Source: Eledone cirrhosa
Lineage: Eukaryota
Direction of reading: 5' to 3'
Assembly: GCA_964016885.1 (NCBI GenBank)
Contig: OZ024741.1
Span: 16,864,001-16,928,000 of the forward strand
DNA length: 64,000 nt
The position numbers were made by a program, and so were the translations under genes. Of the stretch, positions 57,701-64,000 are shown one piece after another. The notes beneath the pieces are model-generated. The model was given only the letters and a program-made list of their open reading frames with translations, had not been told where the DNA came from and made no database searches. The first letter of the stretch is position 1. Each line of letters opens with the position of its first letter.

Positions 57701-60700
57701 CCTGTCCATCCTTACTCCCAGTCCTTCCTAATTACCTGTCTATTCTTACTCCCAGTCCTTCCTAATTACCTGTCCATCCTTACTCCCAGTCCTTCCTAAT
57801 TACCTGTCTATCCTTACTCCCAGTCCTTCCTAATTACCTGTTAATCCATACTTCCAGTCCTTCCTAATTACCTGTCCATCCTTACTAACAGTCCTTCCTA
57901 ATTACGTGCCTATCCTTACACCCAGTCCTTCCTAATTACCTGTCATTCCTCACTCCCAGTCCTTCCTAATTACCTGTCAATCCTTACTCCCTGTCCTTCC
58001 TAATTACCTGTCCATCCTTACTCCCAGCCCTTCCTAATTACCTCTATATCCTTACTCACAGTCCTTCCTAATTACCTGTATATCTTTACTCCCAGTCCTT
58101 CCTAATTGCCTGTCTATCCTTACTCCCAGTCCTTCCTAATTACCTGTCCATCCTTACTCCCAGTCCTTCCTAATTACCTGTCTATCCTTACTCCCAGTCC
58201 TTCCTAATTACCTGTCTATCTTTACTCCCAGTCCTTCCTAATTACCTGTCTATCCTTAATCCCAGTCCTTCCTAATTACCTATCCATCCTTACTCCCAAT
58301 CCTTCCTAATTACCTGTCTATCCTTACTCCCAGTCCTTCCTAATTACCTGTCTATCCTTACTCCCAGTCCGCCCTAATTACCTGTCAATCCTTACTCCCT
58401 GTACTTCCTAATTACCTGTCTATCCTTACTCCCAGTCCTTCCTAATTACCTGTCCGTACTTACTCCCAGTCCTTCCTAATTACCTGTCCATCCTTACTCC
58501 CAGTCCTTCGTAATTAGCTGTCCATGCTTACTCTCAGTCCTTTCTAATTATCTGTCTATCCTTACTCCCAGTCCTTCCTAATTACCTGTCCATCCTTACT
58601 GACAGTCCTTCCTAATTAGCTGTCAATCTTTACTCCCAGTCCTTCCTAATTACCTGTCCATCCTTACTCCCAGTCCGTCCTAATTACCTGTCCATCCTTA
58701 ATCTCAGCCCTTCCTAATTACCTGTCTATCCTTACTCCCAGTCATTCCTAATTACTTGTCTATCCTTACACCCAGTGCTTCCTAATTACCTGTCTATCCT
58801 TACTCCCAGTCCTTCCTAATTATCTGTCTATCCTTACTCCCAGTCCTTCCTAATTACCTGTCCATCATTACTCCCAGTCCTTCCTAATTACCTGTCTATC
58901 CTTACTCCCAGTCCTTCCTAATTACCTGTCTATCCTTACTCCCAGTCCTTCCTAATTACCTGTCTATCCTTACTCCCAGTCCTTCCTAATTACCTGTCTA
59001 TCCTTACTCCCAGTCCTTCCTAATTACCTGTCTATCCTTACTCCCAGTCCTTCCTAATTACCTGTCAATCCTTACTCCCAGTCCTTCCTAATTACCTGTC
59101 CATCCTTACTCCCAGTCCTTCCTAATTACCTGTCTATCCTTACCCCAGTCCTTCCTAATTACCTGTCAATCCTTACTCCCTGTCCTTCCTAATTACCTGT
59201 CCATCCTTACCCCCAGCCCTTCCTAATTACCTGTATATCCTTACTCACAGTCCTTCCTAATTACCTGTCTATCTTTACTCCCAGTCCTTCCTAATTGCCT
59301 GTCTATCCTTACTCCCAGTCCTTCCTAATTACCTGTCCATCGTTACTCCCAGTCCTTCCTAATTACCTGTCAATCCTTACTCCCATTCCTTCCTAATTAC
59401 CTGTCTATCCTTACTCACAGTCCTTCCTAATTACCCGTCTATCCTTACTCCCAGTCCGTCCTAATTACCTGTCAATCCTTACTCCCTGTACTTCCTAATT
59501 ACCTGTCTATCCTTACTCCCAGTCCTTCCTAATTACCTGTCCGTCCTTACTCCCAGTCCTTCCTAATTACCTGTCCATCCTTACTCCCAGTCCTTCGTAA
59601 TTAGCTGTCCATCCTTACTCTCAGTCCTTCCTAATTATCTGTCTATCCTTACTCCCAGTTCTTCCTAATTACCTGTCCATCCTTACGGACAGTCCTTCCT
59701 AATTAGCTGTCAATCTTTACTCCCAGTCCTTCCTAATTACCTGTCCATCCTTACTCCCAGTCCGTCCTAATTACCTGTCAATCCTTACTCTCAGCCCTTC
59801 CTAATTACCTGTCTATCCTTACTGCCAGTCATTCCTAATTACTTGTCTATCCTTACACCCAGTGCTTCCATATTACCTGTCTCTCCTTACTCCCAGTCCT
59901 TCCTAATTATCTGATTATCCTTACTCCCAGTCCTTCCTAATTACCTGTCCATCATTACTCCCAGTCCTTCCTAATTACCTGTCTATCCTTACTCCCAGTC
60001 CTTCCTAATTACCTGTCAATCCTTACTCCCAGTCCTTCCTAATTACCTGTTAATCCTTACTCCCAGTCCTTCTTAATTACCTGTCCATCCTTACTCCCAG
60101 TCCTTCCTAATTACCTGTTAATCCTTACTCCCAGTCCTTCCTAATTACCTGTCTATCCTTACTCCCAGTCCTTCCTAATTATCTGTCCATCCTTACTGCC
60201 AGTCCTTCGTAATTACCTGTCTATCCTTACTCCCAGTCCTTCCTAATTACCTGTCCATCCTTACTCCCAGTCCTTCCTAATTACCTGTCTATCCTTATTC
60301 CCAGTCCTTCCTAATTACCTGTCAATCCTTACTCCCATTCCTTCCTAATTACCTGTCTATCCTTACTCCCAGTCCTTCCTAATTACTTGTCAATCTTTAC
60401 TCCCAGTCCGTCCTAATTACCTGTCCATTCTTACTCTCAGTCCTTCCTAATTACCTGTCTACCCTTACTCTCAGTCTTTCCTAATTACCTGTCTATCCTT
60501 ACTCCCAGTCTTTCCTAATTACCTGTCAATCCTTACTCCCAGTCCTTCCTAATTACCTGTCCATCCTTACTCCCAGTCCTTCCTAATTACCTGTCTATCC
60601 CTACTCCCAGTCCTTCCTAATTACCTGTCCATCCTTACTCCCAGTCCTTCCTAATTACCTGTCAATCTTTACTCACAGTCCGTCCTAATTACCTGTCCAT

Positions 60701-63700
60701 CCTTACTCTCAGTCCTTCCTAAGTACCTGTCTATCCTTACTCCCAGTCTTTCCTAATTACCTGTCAATTCTTACTCCCAGTCCTTCCTAATTTCCTGTCC
60801 ATCCTTACTCTCAGTCCTTCCTAATTACCTGTCTATCCTTACTCTCAGTCCTTCCTAATTACCTGTCTATCCTTACTCCCAGTCCTTCCTAATTACCTGT
60901 CAATCCTTACTCCCAGCCCTTCCTAATTACCTGTATATCCTTACTCACAGTCCTTCCTAATTACCTGTCCATCCTTACTCTCAGTCCTTCCTAAGTACCT
61001 GTCTATCCTTACTCCCAGTCTTTCCTAATTACCTGTCAATCCTTACTCCCAATCCTTCCTAATTACCTGTCAATCCTTACTCCCAGTCCTTCCTAATTAC
61101 CTGTCCATCCTTACTCCCAGTCCGTCCTAATTACCTGTCCATCCTGACGCTCAGTCCTTCCTAATTACCTGTCTATCCTTACTCCCAGTCCTTCCTAATT
61201 ACCTGTCAATCCTTACTCCCAGTCATTTCTAATTACCTGTCCATCCTTACTAATAGTCCTTCCTAGTTACCTGTCCATCCTTACTCCCAGACCTTCCTAT
61301 TTACCTGTCCAACCTTACTCCGAGTCCTTCCTAATTACCTGTCTACTCTTACTCCCAGTCCTTCCTAATTACCTGTCCATCCTTACTCCCAGTCCTTCCT
61401 AATTACCTGTCTATTCTTACTCCCAGTCCTTCCTAATTACCTGTCCATCCTTACTCCCAGTCCTTCCTAATTACCTGTCTATCCTTACTCCCAGTCCTTC
61501 CTAATTACCTGTTAATCCATACTTCCAGTCCTTCCTAATTACCTGTCCATCCTTACTAACAGTCCTTCCTAATTACGTGCCTATCCTTACACCCAGTCCT
61601 TCCTAATTACCTGTCATTCCTCACTCCCAGTCCTTCCTAATTACCTGTCAATCCTTACTCCCTGTCCTTCCTAATTACCTGTCCATCCTTACTCCCAGCC
61701 CTTCCTAATTACCTCTATATCCTTACTCACAGTCCTTCCTAATTACCTGTATATCTTTACTCCCAGTCCTTCCTAATTGCCTGTCTATCCTTACTCCCAG
61801 TCCTTCCTAATTACCTGTCCATCCTTACTCCCAGTCCTTCCTAATTACCTGTCTATCCTTACTCCCAGTCCTTCCTAATTACCTGTCTATCTTTACTCCC
61901 AGTCCTTCCTAATTACCTGTCTATCCTTAATCCCAGTCCTTCCTAATTACCTATCCATCCTTACTCCCAATCCTTCCTAATTACCTGTCTATCCTTACTC
62001 CCAGTCCTTCCTAATTACCTGTCTATCCTTACTCCCAGTCCGCCCTAATTACCTGTCAATCCTTACTCCCTGTACTTCCTAATTACCTGTCTATCCTTAC
62101 TCCCAGTCCTTCCTAATTACCTGTCCGTACTTACTCCCAGTCCTTCCTAATTACCTGTCCATCCTTACTCCCAGTCCTTCGTAATTAGCTGTCCATGCTT
62201 ACTCTCAGTCCTTTCTAATTATCTGTCTATCCTTACTCCCAGTCCTTCCTAATTACCTGTCCATCCTTACTGACAGTCCTTCCTAATTAGCTGTCAATCT
62301 TTACTCCCAGTCCTTCCTAATTACCTGTCCATCCTTACTCCCAGTCCGTCCTAATTACCTGTCCATCCTTAATCTCAGCCCTTCCTAATTACCTGTCTAT
62401 CCTTACTCCCAGTCATTCCTAATTACTTGTCTATCCTTACTCCCAGTGCTTCCTAATTACCTGTCTATCCTTACTCCCAGTCCTTCCTAATTATCTGTCT
62501 ATCCTTACTCCCAGTCCTTCCTAATTACCTGTCCATCATTACTCCCAGTCCTTCCTAATTACCTGTCTATCCTTACTCCCAGTCCTTCCTAATTACCTGT
62601 CTATCCTTACTCCCAGTCCTTCCTAATTACCTGTCTATCCTTACTCCCAGTCCTTCCTAATTACCTGTCTATCCTTACTCCCAGTCCTTCCTAATTACCT
62701 GTCTATCCTTACTCCCAGTCCTTCCTAATTACCTGTCAATCCTTACTCCCAGTCCTTCCTAATTACCTGTCCATCCTTACTCCCAGTCCTTCCTAATTAC
62801 CTGTCTATCCTTACCCCAGTCCTTCCTAATTACCTGTCAATCCTTACTCCCTGTCCTTCCTAATTACCTGTCCATCCTTACCCCCAGCCCTTCCTAATTA
62901 CCTGTATATCCTTACTCACAGTCCTTCCTAATTACCTGTCTATCTTTACTCCCAGTCCTTCCTAATTGCCTGTCTATCCTTACTCCCAGTCCTTCCTAAT
63001 TACCTGTCCATCGTTACTCCCAGTCCTTCCTAATTACCTGTCTATCCTTACTCCCAGTCCTTCCTAATTACCTGTCTATCTTTACTCCCACTCCTTCCTA
63101 ATTACCTGTCTATCCTTAATCCCAGTCCTTCCTAATTACCTATACATCCTTACTCCCAATCCTTCCTAATTACCTGTCTATCCTTACTCACAGTCCTTCC
63201 TAATTACCCGTCTATCCTTACTCCCAGTCCGTCCTAATTACCTGTCAATCCTTACTCCCTGTACTTCCTAATTACCTGTCTATCCTTACTCCCAGTCCTT
63301 CCTAATTACCTGTCCGTCCTTACTCCCAGTCCTTCCTAATTACCTGTCCATCCTTACTCCCAGTCCTTCGTAATTAGCTGTCCATCCTTACTCTCAGTCC
63401 TTCCTAATTATCTGTCTATCCTTACTCCCAGTTCTTCCTAATTACCTGTCCATCCTTACGGACAGTCCTTCCTAATTAGCTGTCAATCTTTACTCCCAGT
63501 CCTTCCTAATTACCTGTCCATCCTTACTCCCAGTCCGTCCTAATTACCTGTCAATCCTTACTCTCAGCCCTTCCTAATTACCTGTCTATCCTTACTGCCA
63601 GTCATTCCTAATTACTTGTCTATCCTTACACCCAGTGCTTCCATATTACCTGTCTATCCTTACTCCCAGTCCTTCCTAATTATCTGATTATCCTTACTCC

Positions 63701-64000
63701 CAGTCCTTCCTAATTACCTGTCCATCATTACTCCCAGTCCTTCCTAATTACCTGTCTATCCTTACTCCCAGTCCTTCCTAATTACCTGTCAATCCTTACT
63801 CCCAGTCCTTCCTAATTACCTGTTAATCCTTACTCCCAGTCCTTCTTAATTACCTGTCCATCCTTACTCCCAGTCCTTCCTAATTACCTGTTAATCCTTA
63901 CTCCCAGTCCTTCCTAATTACCTGTCTATCCTTACTCCCAGTCCTTCCTAATTATCTGTCCATCCTTACTGCCAGTCCTTCGTAATTACCTGTCTATCCT
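33710..64000. repeat. 34-bp satellite DNA array, >30 kb (~890 monomers), running off the window end
   Basis: Consensus ccttactcccagtccttcctaattacctgtc(c/t/a)at, in a single orientation, with no interrupting insertions seen. Confidence 0.98.

Overview
AT-rich, microsatellite-dense eukaryotic DNA. The SINE and repeat content suggests an octopus-like coleoid cephalopod (inference only). Bases 1-33.7 kb hold one clear protein-coding gene: a minus-strand PAP2/phospholipid phosphatase (PLPP/wunen-like) with five internal or terminal coding exons (30088-29937, 28969-28671, 23670-23613, 21631-21455, 20039-19893). Its first coding exon was not found. The gene is embedded in tRNA-derived SINEs, LINE fragments (RTE, CR1-group, CRE-like), Helitron-like and mariner-like non-autonomous elements, and an intronic Penelope-like element with inverted pseudo-LTRs carrying hammerhead ribozyme motifs. 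Bases ~33.7-64 kb are one uninterrupted 34-bp satellite (a diverged 2x17-bp dimer) with kb-scale higher-order duplications. The most unusual items are: a (TA)n-embedded ~180-bp element whose long palindrome carries copy-specific mutations mirrored in both arms; a 45-bp minisatellite made from a SINE A-box head; the intronic hammerhead/dsRNA structure; and the possibility that the >30-kb satellite lies inside PLPP intron 1. Nearly all ORFs in the supplied track are simple-repeat artefacts.
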